Counted from the stretch's first letter, positions 13,240-27,170 are shown. The stretch is DNA of 64,000 nucleotides from Camelus ferus (GCF_009834535.1 NC_045696.1:15316001-15380000); one strand, 5' to 3'. Numbers and translations: made by a program. Notes: generated by a model not told the origin, from the letters alone.

Positions 13240-14470
13240 TCACGTTCTAGGTCAGTAACCTCCTGTTTTATTTCCTGCTTCACTGTCTCCTTTGTTGCCT
13301 CCTCCTCCTGCTTATTCTTAAAATATTGCAGTTTACAGTGTCTCTGACCTTGAGTACCTTTTTTCCACTCTGTCTGTATTCTCCCTGGCCCCATTCATTT
13401 CCGTATATTTCAACCTCCTCCTAAATGCTGATGATTCTCACATTAATATCCCAGCCCTAGTTCTTCTTCTGAAGTCTCAATCTACATATTCAACAAATCA
13501 ACTGCAGTTCCACCTCAGTGTCCATGAGTTCCTTAAACTTAACACAGCCAGGACTAATCAAATCCTTCTATCTCTCTGCCCCATAAAAAGATTATGCATT
13601 GTCCCCTGTCACTATTACAGGGAATGGCATCATTATTCCTCCAGCTACCCCAAATAGAAACCTGATCTGGAGGAGTAACCATCATCAGGGATTCCTTTCT
13701 CTCCAGCAGACCCCCAGACCAATAGATCATCTGAGCCATTCATCTCCCCTTGGACAGCTCATCTCTCCTCCAAGTTCTGCTGCCATAGTTCATCTTTCCA
13801 TCAGCTTTACCCAGGCAATCAAGCATTCCTTCACCTGTCTCCCTGTCTCTGGTCTGATTCCCATCCGATCCTCCATCTTGATGGCTGTCAAAGTTACTTT
13901 CCCAAAACCCAAGTCAGATCACATAATTTGATTTAAGACCTTTTCTTAAAAGGTTTAGATGGCTTCTTATCTCACAAGATGGTGCAGCACATGAAGCCGT
14001 TTCTGGCCTGGGCTTTATGAATGTGCCCTCCCTATTTCCTCTCACCTTCTCAGCTCAGGATGATCTCATCTGTGGAACTCAATTCACCTTCATAAGCTCA
14101 TGTGGCCCATATTCCCCAGCTAGTCCCAAAACTGATGTGGCTAAGAGCCTTCAGAATCTTGACTGTAATACTTACCAGCTGTCTAGGCTTAACCAAGTTA
14201 CTGAATCTCTCTGTATCTTATTCCTCATTTGTAGAATCAATATAATAATAGCATCTATCTCATAAAGTCGTTCTGAGGTATAAGTAGCACAATTCATGTA
14301 AAAGGATTAGCACCATGTGTAGCACAGAAAATAACTCATCAAATACTAATTGTGATGATTATCGTGATGATTTGTGTCTTTCCACTAGAGGATTATTTGT
14401 GTATTCTCTGCAAATAACATGCTGTCTGGCACATAATAGTGATTCATTTTATGTTTGTTGAGTATATGAG
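13240..14470 (+). mobile_element. L2 LINE relic (3' part) with nested MIR at ~14130-14355
   Basis: taaatgctgatgattctcacattaatatcccagccc (decayed RT YADD region); 3' end tctggcacataatag...tgtttgttga. Confidence 0.75.
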
Positions 14471-14689
14471 AGAGATACTGATAAATAAATCAATCAAAAA
14501 TTTGAGTCAATAAACAGAAATCAAATATTTGGTAGGTGCCCAGTAAGTCTTTCGTGTACTTTGCTATTGCTAACCGTAGGTCAAGACTTTGACAAGTGGT
14601 GATGGTATATCTGCTCCTATATGCATGCTCCTTAGTTTCCCTTTAGGAATTTTGAACAAATATGGATGGATGGATAGATAGACAGACAG

Positions 14690-15130
14690 ACAGTTATGCA
14701 TTCAAATGTATATTGTCATTCAAAACATAGCCACATGAAGCTGTATGTATTTTTATGATAGTTTCTGCTCAGCACACATTTGGAACTCTTCTTTGGGAAC
14801 CGCCTTCCAAACAAATGTATTAGTCACAAAACATGCTTTCTATTCCCAAATGTAATTTTTGACCAAAAAAAAAGTAGCATTATCCAAATAAATGATCAGC
14901 TTAGTTTATCAAACTTGGCTCCAATTGACTTTCGTGTATTAAATGAAAATCAAATCCATTCTCGAAGAATAAAATATCTGCTTGTTGAGAATATCTCAGA
15001 ATGACACGAAAGGCAAACCTAAAATAGGAATTCATATGCTTTTTAATTCTTTTAGCAAATGGCAGATGTATCAATGAAGAAAATTTAGCCCCTCTCAAAA
15101 TTATTACTCTGAAAAAAAAAATCACCATTT
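14690..15130 (+). mobile_element. MARNA-like non-autonomous mariner relic
   Basis: aacttggctccaattgacttt encodes NLAPIDF (mariner DLAPxDF motif); ~14705-14810 looks like an inverted copy of the transposase 3' end. Confidence 0.7.
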
Positions 15131-15139
15131 ATTATAGTT

Positions 15140-15340
15140 CAGGGATTAAAAGCATGTATAGAACTTTGAGTAATTTGTTTTATATCTTTAGCCTCAATTT
15201 CTTCATCAGTGAAGTGGAAATAACTGCATATACCGCTCATTTTATCTCATTGAGTATTGAAAGAGGAAATAAATAAATATTGGTGGTTTATGACAATGCC
15301 TCACACCGACCAAGTACTCAGTAATGTTCTTTGTCGTTAT
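15140..15340 (+). mobile_element. MIR SINE relic
   Basis: agcctcaatttcttcatcagtgaagtggaaataa...aagtactcagtaatg. Confidence 0.65.
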
Positions 15341-15868
15341 TCGATTATAGGTGCCTTGCAACACGTTCATTTTCATGTCTACCCTATTACTTTATAGTCA
15401 TATTTCACATAGACCATGTATCAAAATTTGTACAAATTATAAACTTTGTAAAAGCTCATAAAGGTACATTCGGTTATAAAACTTGTATTTAAAAAACGGA
15501 TCAGGATGTTTTGGACCCCATCAGTGTCAGTCTGAGAGTTGAACCATGGCTTTCCCTGAAATCTGAGGCTGGGGCTTCCTATCACCATGTTGGGACTGTT
15601 AGTCCTGACGTGCTGGCATGGACTACGAACTGGACTTTGTCTATAGGTTTTGTTCTGATTTAACTGGGTCTATATGTTCTAACCATGCAGTGGTTCTGCA
15701 AGTGTGTGCCCACACACTTTGTTGATTAATAATATTTATTCATGTACTTTGTTTATATCATTTTTTAAAACTGAGTTCTACAAGACTGGTTATGAGAAAG
15801 ACTAGATGCTTAATATTTTCCAGAGCATATGGAAAATATTCTTGAATAAATAAATTTTATATTACATC

Positions 15869-16342
15869 TGTAATGATTAATTTTGTGTGTCAACTTGACT
15901 AGGTCACAGGGATGCTCAGATGTTTGGTTAAACATAATTTCTGTGTGCACCTGTGAGGCTGTTCCCAGATGAGATTAGCATTTAAATGGGAAGACTGGGT
16001 AAAGTAGATTTCCCTCCCTCCAGTGGACGGGTGTCATCAGATGCTTGAAAACCTGAATAGAATAAAAAGGTGGAGGAAGGAATAATTTATTGTCTTTCTG
16101 ACTGTGAACTGGGACATCAATCATCTCCTGCCCTCAAATTGGCACTTACACCATCATGGCTCCTGGTTCCCAGGCTCGTAGACTGGAACTGGACCACCAC
16201 CAGCTTTCCTGAGTCTCTATGCAGATGCCAGATCGTGGGACTTCTCAGCCTTCATAATATGTAGTCTGAAATTCCTTACGATAAATCTCTTTATACATGT
16301 ATTCCTAACGGTTCTGTTTCTCTAGGGAACCCTGACTCATAC
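15869..16342 (+). mobile_element. MLT2 (ERVL) solo LTR
   Basis: tgtaatgattaattttgtgtgtcaacttgactagg...gatgagattagcattt...ggttctgtttctctagggaaccctgactcataca. Confidence 0.9.
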
Positions 16343-16449
16343 AGGATCCATGTCTCTAAATAGCATATTTAAATGCTAAGCTTTAGACTTTTTTTCAATT
16401 ATTGGTCTTTCTGTGAAAAAATATTTAGTTTGTTCACATTCATTCACTC

Positions 16450-17800
16450 AATAAGCCCACCACACACACATACTTCACTCTGCCCCATCAATCCGTGAGA
16501 ATCACATTGTAATTTTTAGATTAATATTGTATTATCTATCTTAAACTGAACAAAGGAGACAACAATTATTTTTTCTTTCTGCAAAACTTTATTCTTTCCC
16601 CCAAAGTTTATATTTGCTTTGCTTTGCTTTTGTTTAGTTTACTCTCCTCTTATCTTTGATTTATTTCCAGACCCTGACCCAAACATATAAATCTCTTCCC
16701 AGTATGGTACATTTAAACTCCTTAAGCAACCTAAAAATTTAATCTTAAAAAAAATCTGTCTCAGTTTATTCTGATGTGCTCCAAATAGAAAGTGGTTGAT
16801 CTGGGACTTTGCGAAACTGTAGTCTTGGGACTTCTTTCCCATATTACTGGGAATTCCCATCGCCTCCCTTTTGTGCTGGATCCTACAGCTTCCTCTTTCT
16901 TGGTTTCTCTCTGACTTTAGCAGAACACATCTTGACAAAGTTGCATGGTTATGGAAGACTTTTTTTTTTTTTTTTTTTTTTTAGTTTTTTCATATCTTAA
17001 ATTTTCTAACCCAAATTCACACTGGATATTTGGTTTACCTGGTAGAAAAGTTTTGTTGTACATTATCTTTGCAAAGAAGTTACAAAATTATTTCTCCAGT
17101 GTCTTCTGATTTCCAATGTTTTATTAAGGGATGTGATGACCTTTTGATATTTCATTTCTTGCATGAAACATTCTTTCTGAAAGTTTCTAGACAGTTTTCT
17201 TTGCCTCAATTTCTCTAAAATTTCACAATTGTGTTTCTTGGTCTGGATCTATTTGTATTCATTGTGTGGAACACTTGGTAAGCCCCTGTAGTTGGGAAAC
17301 CTATGTTCTTTTGTGCTGAAATTATTTTTGATTATATTTCTTTGATAATTTTCTTCTATTTTCTCCATTTTCTCATTCTGAAACTTGTACTATTGGGATA
17401 TTGGAAGTCCTAAACTGATGACATAATTTTCTTATCATTTTTTACTCCTATTTTATATCTGTCCTTTTGCTCTGATTTCCAGATTTCTTCAATGTTACCT
17501 TCCAACTCATCTATTGAGTTTTTCACTTCTACCTACTCATTTTTAACTTCCAAGGGCTCCTTTATATTTTCTGAAATGCCTCATAATAGACATTTCTTGA
17601 CCAATGTTTGGTCATCTCTCTTGGAATGGTAAATATATTCCTGAGATTTTCTTCTCCTAATATACTGCTTGTGTACTTCTTGTCTCTTTTGTTCCCTTTG
17701 CCACAATTACACTGCTGTTACCTGCTATCCCTTTCCATTTGTCTCTGTCAGTTCATTGTTTTTCGAAAAATTTATTTGGCTGCCATTTTTTAAGGTCTCA
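16450..17800 (-). mobile_element. HAL1-like (half-L1) relic
   Basis: Antisense of the HAL1 post-ORF1 segment (gctccaaat...gggaattccc...tgtgctggatcc...ttcctctttcttggttt) followed by antisense ORF1-like sequence. Confidence 0.65.
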
Positions 17801-18148
17801 TAAGATATTCCAGGTCTATTTATGCATTCATCCCTCCCTAGTTCAACTAACTCATATGCATTTGTCTCAGAAATCCTTCTCCAAATCATATGATTCAGAA
17901 TTCAAATTCAGATTCATCTCCAGCACAATTAGCTTAAAACAATTTATATGGAGCTTCTGTTCCTCCTTTTTGGGTTACTCAATCCCCACTACATTGGCAA
18001 GTATGTGATCTGGTTTTCTTTCTCTTTTCTCCTTCAGTTTTTATCCCTGATTATATTCAAATATCTCGACTTTTCCCAGAGTGTTCTTCCAAAGGCATGT
18101 TTCCACTTAAAAATACTCCTTGGTTACTCATTATGTTCCATGTCATAA

Positions 18149-18466
18149 TAGCTGTCTAGTAGAAACTCAATGTGAGCCACAGATGTGAGCTACATATGGA
18201 ATTTAATTTTTTTTAGAAGCCACATTAGAGAGAGTAAAAAGAACAAGTGAAATTAATTTTAGCAATAAATTTATTTAATCCAATATACCTCAAAGTTTAT
18301 TTCAACATGTAAACAATATGAAAATCATTAATGAGGTATTTTGAATTTAGGAAATCTTCAGATTCTCATGAGTATTTTACATGTATAGTGCCCCTCAACT
18401 TGACCACCTGCATTTTAATTCTCAACAAACATGTGGCTAGTGGCTACCACATTGTACAGCATTGTT
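18149..18466. mobile_element. MER33-like hAT-Charlie element
   Basis: gctgtctagtagaaact...tgtgagccac...gtgaaattaatttta...acatgtggctagtggctaccacattgtacagca. Confidence 0.8.
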
Positions 18467-18469
18467 CTA

Positions 18470-19340
18470 GGCACTTGGCAATACAAGATCTAACAAGTCA
18501 TGGCACCTTCCCCAAATAGCTTTTGGTCCAATAAGTCAGACACACGAGAAAAATCTTGTAGAGCACTGTATAATAACTGCAGTGATAGGGACTTGTCCAG
18601 AAAAAATCAAAAAGCATCTAAATAAGACTGCAGTTGTAGGAAAGGCATTCTGGAGGAAGGGATGCCTACTTGGAGTACTTAAAGTAAGTTTATATTTTTA
18701 TAGCAAAGGGCACCTGCAGAGTGTAATGCTGGAAACTTACTGACAGATTTCATTAGCGCTGCAGGTTAGCCCAATAGTTTGAAATTTCACTTGAAGTCAT
18801 AGGGAACAAATAAATACTTTTAAACATGGAACAGTTGTGATCAGATTTATGATTGTAACAATTTTCAAACTGTACAGTAAAAAACAGATGAGGAAAGGGT
18901 CAGACTGAAAGCAAGGAGACCCCATAAGAATCTTGGTCAGACAGGCAGGCAAGAGAGGGCATGAACTGTGATGGTGGTTTTAGGAGTGGAAAGTGAAGCA
19001 GATTGGAGACCTTTGAACAAGGTAGACGCGTAATGTAGTGACTGGACGAGGTCGAAGGAGGGAGGTCAGAGGCAGTGAGAGAGAGATGTTATTATGATCC
19101 TTCATTTTTGACTTTGGGAAGGAGGAAGATGGCTTCATACACCAAGATACAAATTACAAGATCAGAAAAAATGATTTGAGATTAACAATGAAGTGTTGCC
19201 TTTGGTGTATCATTTCTCGTTGGAATCCCAAGTAGAAATGCTCATTAACTAACCAAAAATGGGTCGGGAGTTCAGCAGAAATAAGAAAGACAGATGTGAC
19301 AGTAGTCAGTACACACATGAAAGAATTTTCAGTGGCCAAA
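18470..19340 (-). mobile_element. L2 relic
   Basis: Purine-rich antisense L2 landmarks (ttctggaggaagg, gtgatcagattt, tttttgactttgggaa). Confidence 0.55.
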
Positions 19341-19687
19341 AATAAGCTACGATCTCAGATACAATGTGGATTGCTTCCTAAAAGATGAAAAGTGGAGTGA
19401 AATTAAAGGACATTATTAAAGAGTTTTTTTTTTCCAAGGCAATCACTACACATAATGTGCAAAAAGATAGAAATGAAGCACTTTACCAATGACTTGCATG
19501 TGTATTTTACTTGGCAAGACATTAAGTTTTCCATGTTAACAATATAGTAGATAAGTTTCTTAAACAAACTCAGGAGACAGCCAAAGGGCTATTATTAAAT
19601 TTTCTCAAAGGATGATTTAAAAGCTATTTGTACAGTTCATCAACATGTGTTCAAAGCAAGACTGTACAGCTGAGCAAGGGGAGGGGG

Positions 19688-20591
19688 TTTGTTTGCACTA
19701 ATCACCTCATGTTCGTTTGGGTCCCTCTGTGCTGTTTGCCCTGGACAACTCAACACCAAATAAGAGGGCTTTCTCCCCCACCTCTGGACACCAAATACAT
19801 GGTGTCTTTTGAAATACGAATTCTCCAAGTCTCTGACAGTAACTACTGATAGTTAGCATCAGATTTTACATATTTAAGGGCTCAGTTCTACAAGGCTGCC
19901 CCCGACTTCAACTGCCAACTACATGCATCAGGAGTTCCCATGATGCGCTCCTCAGGTTTAAGAATTTGTTAGAACAACTCACAGAACACAGAAAAGCACT
20001 GTATTTACCATCACTAATGTGAATAAAAAATGTTTCTGCCATATCAGTAAACAAAGGATGTTGCAGCCATCAAGCCACTAAAGCCATCCTTATAGTGAGC
20101 CCTGAGGGAACTCAGGATGGAGACAAACAGGCTGCCAAACCCTCAGCCACTGCAGCTGCCCCCAGCCATGTACCCTGTGGGGACTCAGGACAGAGGAGGC
20201 GGGTACAAGATAATGGCCCTAGATAGCTAAGGTACATACCAAAAGAAGGAATGATTTCAATGAGCCCAGACTCTTGCATCTTCCCATATATAGAAAAGCA
20301 CTAAATTAACTTCAGATATCTGATTTTCTTTAACAGTAATCTTTTGATGTTCAGGCTATCTGGTTTTTGTTGCAAAACTCCTATATATCCTGGTTCCTCC
20401 CCTACCTCTTCAGCTACCTGAGTGGCTGCCTCTCAGGCTTGAAGTCCTCAGAAGGTCCTCCAAATAAAACATAATTCTCAACTTCTAGGTTGTGCTTTTT
20501 CTTTTTTTCCATTCAGCAAATTTCAAGGGTTTTAGGAGTTTGGTGACAAGAACCAAGACAAAGGGCAAATACATACATATTTCTCATCACA
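19688..20591 (-). mobile_element. MER21-like LTR, interrupted and internally deleted
   Basis: gttagcatcagat...ttaagggctcagttctacaaggctgccccc...aactcacagaac; distal end aaatttcaagggttttaggag...tcatcaca. Confidence 0.75.
20018..20515 (+). mobile_element. ERV1-type solo LTR nested in MER21
   Basis: TG start, U3 direct repeats ccctgagggaactcagga / ccctgtggggactcagga, TATA-like ctatatatcc, aataaa near the end. Confidence 0.75.
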
Positions 20592-20914
20592 GTCCCCTTC
20601 ATCCAGTCTTCTCTGGTGCATACTTCAACAACATTTTGTTAGCTTACAACCTTCAGCACATGGATAATCTGCCTCCAGAGGAAACAATAATAGATTGGAA
20701 AGTGTTTAGAAAAGTTAACAATCTTAGATTATGGGAGACATTTAAGCATCCCTTTCATTACTTTAATTATGTGATTAAACTGAAAGCAGTAGTAACAAGA
20801 GAAAACATCAGTTGAACACATACCATGTGCCAAGAATGGAGGGCCACATAAGTGCTTCACACAATTCATTTACTCCTCACAAACAAGCCGATAATGTAGG
20901 GACTATTTTTATGC

Positions 20915-21405
20915 CCATGTGCAGCTCTTTTGCTGTTGGCTTTTAGATCCATCCCCCCCACCCACCCCACCGCTCTATTCTGAGGGCTGCATTTCCCAGG
21001 TGCTGCTTCAGATGGTTTCTGGCAGGGTTCATCTCTGGGGGAGATGCTGGTGTGAGACTGGAGGGTGGACAGAAAGTGAAGCCAAGGCAATCCTCCCACT
21101 GTCTGCTTTAGGCGGCAGCCATCTCCTTTCAAATGGCAGCTCTGGCTGGGTATACAGTCTGTGCCACGCAGAAGCACCCTCCAGGGAATGCCCCCTAGGG
21201 GCCCAGGATCTGGAGCTTGGGAATGCCACCTTTTCCTGTTACCCTTCTGTCCCTGGGGCAACTGGTGGCTTCCTGTCATGACTAATCTCCTGGTGCCTCA
21301 GTAGCTCCTGTTGAGCTTTTAAGGTCTTCTCCTTGTTGTGCAAAGTCAGCATTATATTTACATAGACTGTTTCTGCTTTCCTAACTGGACACTGACTTAG
21401 ATACT
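20915..21405 (+). mobile_element. LTR33-like (ERVL) solo LTR
   Basis: ctgcatttcccagg...gagactggagggtggacagaaagtgaagccaagg...tttctgctttcctaactggacactgacttagatac. Confidence 0.65.
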
Positions 21406-21509
21406 TATATATATGTAAGATATTATTATATATGTATAAATATGAGATATATACTGTAAGTATATAACATACACATGTATATGTGTGTGTATATATGTGT
21501 ATGTATTTA

Positions 21510-22212
21510 CAGTTGACCCTTGAACAATGCCAGGGTTAGGGGCACCAATTCCTGCACAGCCAAAAATTCTTGCATATCTTTTGACTCATCAAAAACTTAG
21601 CTACTAATAGCCTACTGTTGACCAAAAGCCTTACCGGTAACGTAAACAGTCAATTAACACATATTCTGTACACCGCAAGTATATGTCAGTCTGTTTACAA
21701 GATGAACTGTCTGTCAGCACCCACATCAACACTGTCTTATATAATACGAAACACTGTAGATGTTATATACGTATTACTAATACTACACATCAAAAATGAA
21801 AAAAATAATGGGAAAAATTCATATTTACTTACAGGTCTAATGCTTCATGCATCGATAATGAAGGAGCAGCAATATGGTTGCTTTATGGTCGCCTGGTGTA
21901 GTCAAAGAGCCTATGAATGGTTTATCAGTGTTTATGTGCATAAGTTTTGATAAATTTCAACTTTTTATAATAGATTCATGTATATTTTGTGGTAATATAA
22001 GTGACATAGACTAGTATCTACATGAATTTTATTCATTTATGATGTACCTAACTTTTTCTTATTTTTTCAATATTTCTAGGCTACACAGTTCAACTGTGAG
22101 TTTTTTTCAAATTGTCAAAAATCTCCAAAAATGTTTCCAATATATTATTGAAAACAATCTACGTGTAAGTAGACCTGCACAATTTAAACCCCTGTTGTTC
22201 AAGGGTCAACTA
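21510..22212. mobile_element. Tigger2-derived non-autonomous element
   Basis: TIRs cagttgacccttgaacaa (21510) / ttgttcaagggtcaacta (to 22212), TA to the left. Confidence 0.9.
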
Positions 22213-22536
22213 CACATGTATATGACTTACAATATATATATGACTTATACACTTATTTTCTGTTCAAAAGAAGAAAGAATGATGCTTAGGGAATTTGAGA
22301 GCCTAAAGTTAATAAGCTTCTACAGCTCAGAAGTGATTAAATCAGGGTCTTACCTCAAATAAGCAGGTCAAGATTCTATACTTTTAGCGATATACTGAAG
22401 AGAACTGAAGTACTCAAAAATTTATTTTTTTACACCATATTTCAATAAGGCTTTCGAGTTCAAAAAGTACCTTCATGCACAGTATCCCCCACTTTTAGCT
22501 GTTTTAGCCTCTCACTGGGCATTAATCATAAGGTGC

Positions 22537-23008
22537 TGTATTAGTTTTCCATTGCTGCTATAACAAATGACCACAAACGTAATGGCTTGAGACAACACAC
22601 ATTCATTATCCTCCAGTTCTGCAGGTCAGGAGTCTGACACGTCTTCTTGGGCTAAAATCAACCCACAGGCAGGACTGCATTCCTCCTGGAGGCCCTTGTA
22701 GAGTATCCATTTCCTAGTCTTTTCCAGCATCTAGAGTAAGGCACACTCCTTGGTTCATGGTCCTCTCCCTCCATCTTCACAGCCGACAACAGCAGGTCAA
22801 ATCCCTCTCATTTTCCTTCACTTTTACTCCTCTTCTCCCTCCTTTTTTCACCTTTAAGAACTCATGATTATATTGGGTCAGCCAGGGAAATCTAGGATAA
22901 TCTCATTTTAAGGTCACCTGATAAGCAACCTTTATTTCTCCTTGCCAGTTCCCAGGGATTTTGACATGAATATTTTTGAGGGAGGGGAGCATTATACTGC
23001 TAACCGCA
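22537..23008 (-). mobile_element. MLT1 (D-like) solo LTR
   Basis: tgtattagttttccattgctgctataacaaatgaccacaaac...cagttctgcaggtcaggagtctgacac. Confidence 0.85.
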
Positions 23009-25739
23009 GGTGCCTTGTATTTGTTTTTTATAATGAGTTGATTATTTTCCTACTAGATTATGAGCTCTTTAACAGCACAGCTTATATCTCTTATCTCTGC
23101 TCTCTCTGTGGTGCCTTGCACAAAACAAGCAATCAGTATAAGTGAGGTTCTTGCTTCCTTTATTGGTGCTTGTCCACCAAGAACTTGTTCCGTCTTGTGT
23201 GGTAAGAAATTCCAACAAAATGTGGAGAAAACTTGAAGTAAGTTTCACTTTTTTAATTTGTTCTTCAAGGATGTATCACAAATGTAGGTAGAATACAAAC
23301 TGTTGAGTACTTTGAGCTGTTGCTAAAGTACGTCAGCAGGAACTTTAGCATCGGACTATGAAATGAGAGAGAAATAAAGAAAAGAGCCCATTGCGTGATG
23401 CCAACCTGCAGATCTCAAGGTGGCAGGAGCTTCCATGTGACCCAAGTCATCCCCAGCCTGGAGAATTTTAATTATGTACCTTCTGAGATTTATCTCAATG
23501 CATGTGCTCAGATGGGCCCTCCTAATTCTCAGCTTCAGAGCTGAGATGTTGGAAAACAATCTGGTTTAACTCTTCCAAGAACAATCTGGCTTCCTAATGC
23601 TTTGAGGAAAGAGGTCATTTGGGGCATGAATAGAAGAAGTCTGAAGTTGAGGAATCTGTACTTACATATCTCCTGTATGCAATTTAATGTATACAGTAGG
23701 CTTGTCACACTGAAGAGAAATTAGGAAATAGAACATGATAGCATAGGATCATGTAAACCATTAGAGAAAGGAAAAAGAAGAGCGAAAGAAGCAAAGGAAG
23801 CTGGATTTTAGACTCCCAAACTTCACAGGCAAGCCAAAAGCCTGCTGGGAAATTCTCAGAACTTCCATGCAGCAGTTATAAAAGCATGAAATTAGCCTAG
23901 AAATGGCAGCATGCAAAGGAAAAGGGAAAGGGCAGAGTGAAAACTAGCTACATCCTTTCTTTCCTCAAAGCTAGTGGCTTATACCAGGCTGAGGAGGAGA
24001 GCTCATTGTACTACGCTTCTGTGTTACGTCATGGAATGTGAACCAAAGGGAAGGCTGAGAGCATCCATTGTCTTGACATCAGAGGCTACTGCAGCTGGAA
24101 AGACTTTGGAGCCATCTGGTCCAAAGACATCACGTTACAGCTGAGGTCTAGAGAGCTTGTGTTCTTGCCAAAATTTACATAGCTGGTTTATGACAGAGGC
24201 AGGCAAAAGACCCATGGTCCTTAATCTTAGTGCTCCTTTGGCTGCCTTCTTTCCTGAAATAGGTTTCAGGTATGTAAAAAACTACCAGCATCTCAAATGA
24301 CTTTATTTATAAACTAGTCTCTAGAAATAACACTCAAAATGTCCACATGTGTACCTGGTAAAAGGGAAATTGTCAAAACGCAATGTCTTCTGGGACAGGG
24401 TGTATATAAAGACAATAGCAGAACAGAGCAGCACCTTCAGTGTAGAGGACACACTTGTTCAACTTGGTGCTTGTCCCTCCACGCTGTGGCGTTTGTTGAT
24501 CTGGTTTTGTCTCCCCATGTTAGTACTAAAATTAAGGGCAAAAGAATCATTGCCTTCATTGGGTTTCTAAACAAACAGGAGCAAAAAAGGGGTAAATGAT
24601 TCAAAATCAAAAGACAGTCGATTTTCTTCTAGGTAAATTCATTCTGTAACTTTTCCACAAGATCACTAGTACCTTATCCTTGCTAAGTTGCCCCAAGAAT
24701 ATAATTTCCTTCATGTCAACCCAACTGCACTTGGCTCCTGTCCCTGGCGTTGATTCCTGCAACACAATGAAATTGATCCTTTCTCAAGGCATGTGACATT
24801 GAGAATAGACTCTGACACCTCTGGGTTAACATTTATGCCAACTGTTGAGGCCCAAGGGGGTAAATGACGTTGCTTTACTATTCCTGAAGATGGAGTGACA
24901 ACAGTACCTGGAACAGGACGGTGGAGGGTAGAGCACTGTATTGAGTTGAGCCTGAGATGGTCTTGAACAAAACACAGCCCAGCAAAATGAGCCCATTTTT
25001 CTATTTAAGATGAAAATCCTAGGCATAAGTTTGTAAGTGTGACTTCTGGAAAATGCATTAGCCATTTTGTCTTAAGTTGCCTAATTGCTACCACTTATGT
25101 AAGTAGCAGTATTATAATAAGTGATCCACATCCACTAGAAAAACAAACCTTCTGGAAGGCTGTAAGGAACTGTGCTCTTAGATGGTATGGTTGGACTTTC
25201 AGAACAATCCTAGGCCCTCCAGCTCTGGACTTCTCATTAAGCAGATAATAGTTGGCCTTTTACTTCCAATCGCTGCCATTATTAGTTGACTTTACTTGCT
25301 TCTGAAAGTATTCTTAATTGACACGGGGTATAGGTAATAAATATAATTTACTTATGATTCCAAATAATTTTTAGAATTTACATTTATAAATATTTTGTAT
25401 TTAAAATTTAACCTGTATCATTCATATTTTATAGCATATATACATGTAAGCAATAATTTCATTACAGTGAGTAATAATGTCTCTTTTCTATTGTTTTTTA
25501 ACAACTTAAATTAGTCTTCATACCCCTGATATAAAAATCAGAGTTAAAGAGTTTGGGTGAGAAAGGCATTAAGATGATGGAATTATAGACTTTGCAGCAA
25601 AAGCATGAAAGCTCAGTGACTCATTTACTTCTTTATGGCACTTTTCTACCTAGATTTTCTTGTTCAACTAAGTTCATAGGAATTTCTACCATATTTTATT
25701 TTTCTGATCCTCATGTAAGGTTTTCAAGACTCAGTTTCT

Positions 25740-27170
25740 CCATTAGGTAAATTAGTAAAAATTCCAGAATGAGAGAATAAAGAAATGAAGGGAGAGAATT
25801 ATTAAAGAAATAATTTTGGAATTCATTCAGAAGTGAAAGATTCTTACTTTTAGTCTGAAAATGTCCTATTCATGCCCAATAAAATAAATTTTTAAAGATT
25901 TACATTGAATCACACCATGATAAAATTTTTTAACAACAGAGATAAAAAGAAAATTTTAATTTTACCCAGCCAGGGTACACATGCAAAGAAACAGCAGTCA
26001 AAGTTTACTGGATGCTAGAAGACAATGGAGTAATGCCTTGAAAATCAAAGGGAAACTTATTGTTAAGCAATGTATAGTACTGTGACTATTTACAAATAAT
26101 CCATTTCTCACTTCCTTCCGGGCATGTAGGATTGTACTTCCTGCTTTAGCATCAAATGTAGTGTTGGCAATTGCTTTGAGTAGTTAAATATGAATGAATG
26201 TCATATACTTTAGGACTTTTAGGGGCAAGGTGCGTGATGTGTCATCCTCTCTTTTACCTGCCTTAAGTAGCATCCTGTGACTTTCTTGGCCAATAAAAGA
26301 TAAATGGAAGTAAGCATGTTTCTTCCAGGTGCCCTTTTTCACTACCAATGCACAGTATTCCCTTTTCCCTGCCTTCATAATTGCAGAAGCATTTTTTAAG
26401 TTGCAGGCTCCACTGAATTGGACTTTGAGTATAAGGAGCAATAATCTGCATTGAACATGTAATGTGAGTAAAAAATATATCTTTATGTTAAATCACTGAG
26501 ATTTGTGGGCTCTTTGTTAAAGACGTGTAATCTAATGTATCATGGCTAATGAACTAGATAATTTCTACCCAATCAAACTACTGATGAAGAGTGAAGTAGC
26601 ATAAAACATTTTTAGACATGCAAATAATTAGAAAGCTTACTCCCATTTCTATCTTCCTAGGAAGTTACTTGAGAATGTATCCCAACAGATAAGACAGTAA
26701 ATGAAAAAAGATAATGACGTGGAATGAAAAGCCATTGGATCTGAGACAGAAGAGCAGTGAGAAGAAATCCTAAAATATCATCAGTATAGCTGCACTAAAG
26801 AGCACCCAGTCCAGATTGGAGCAGAGGGAAAAAGGATTCTAAGATGATGTGATCTGGGAAACAAAGGAGGATTCTTTGTAATGGAATGTATGAGAAAAAT
26901 ACGATGTAGGCAAATAATGTAGTAAGAAGAAAAAAATATCAGAAATTCCTGGAAAGAAACATTTCAAAATTTATACACAAATGCAAAATCTCAACGGAAA
27001 AGCAAATAAAAATACTGAATCATTTGAAGCAATTGGTGAACTATATGAAAAGAGAATGTATTTGATTTTGACCTGAAAACATTGTTTTTTAAATGACTCT
27101 AGATTTGTGATCATAAACCAAAATATTTGGACTAGAATTAAACAACATTTATTATAACTAGCAAATTTAA
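25740..27170 (+). mobile_element. HAL1-like relic with nested MLT1 LTR
   Basis: ORF1-like ctggatgctagaagacaatggagtaatgccttgaaaat, then HAL1-type ggaagttacttgagaatgt...ccagtccagattggagcag. Confidence 0.7.
26071..26552 (+). mobile_element. Old MLT1 solo LTR
   Basis: TG start; aatatatctttatgttaaatcactgagatttgtgggctctttgtta...ggctaatgaa 3' end. Confidence 0.65.
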
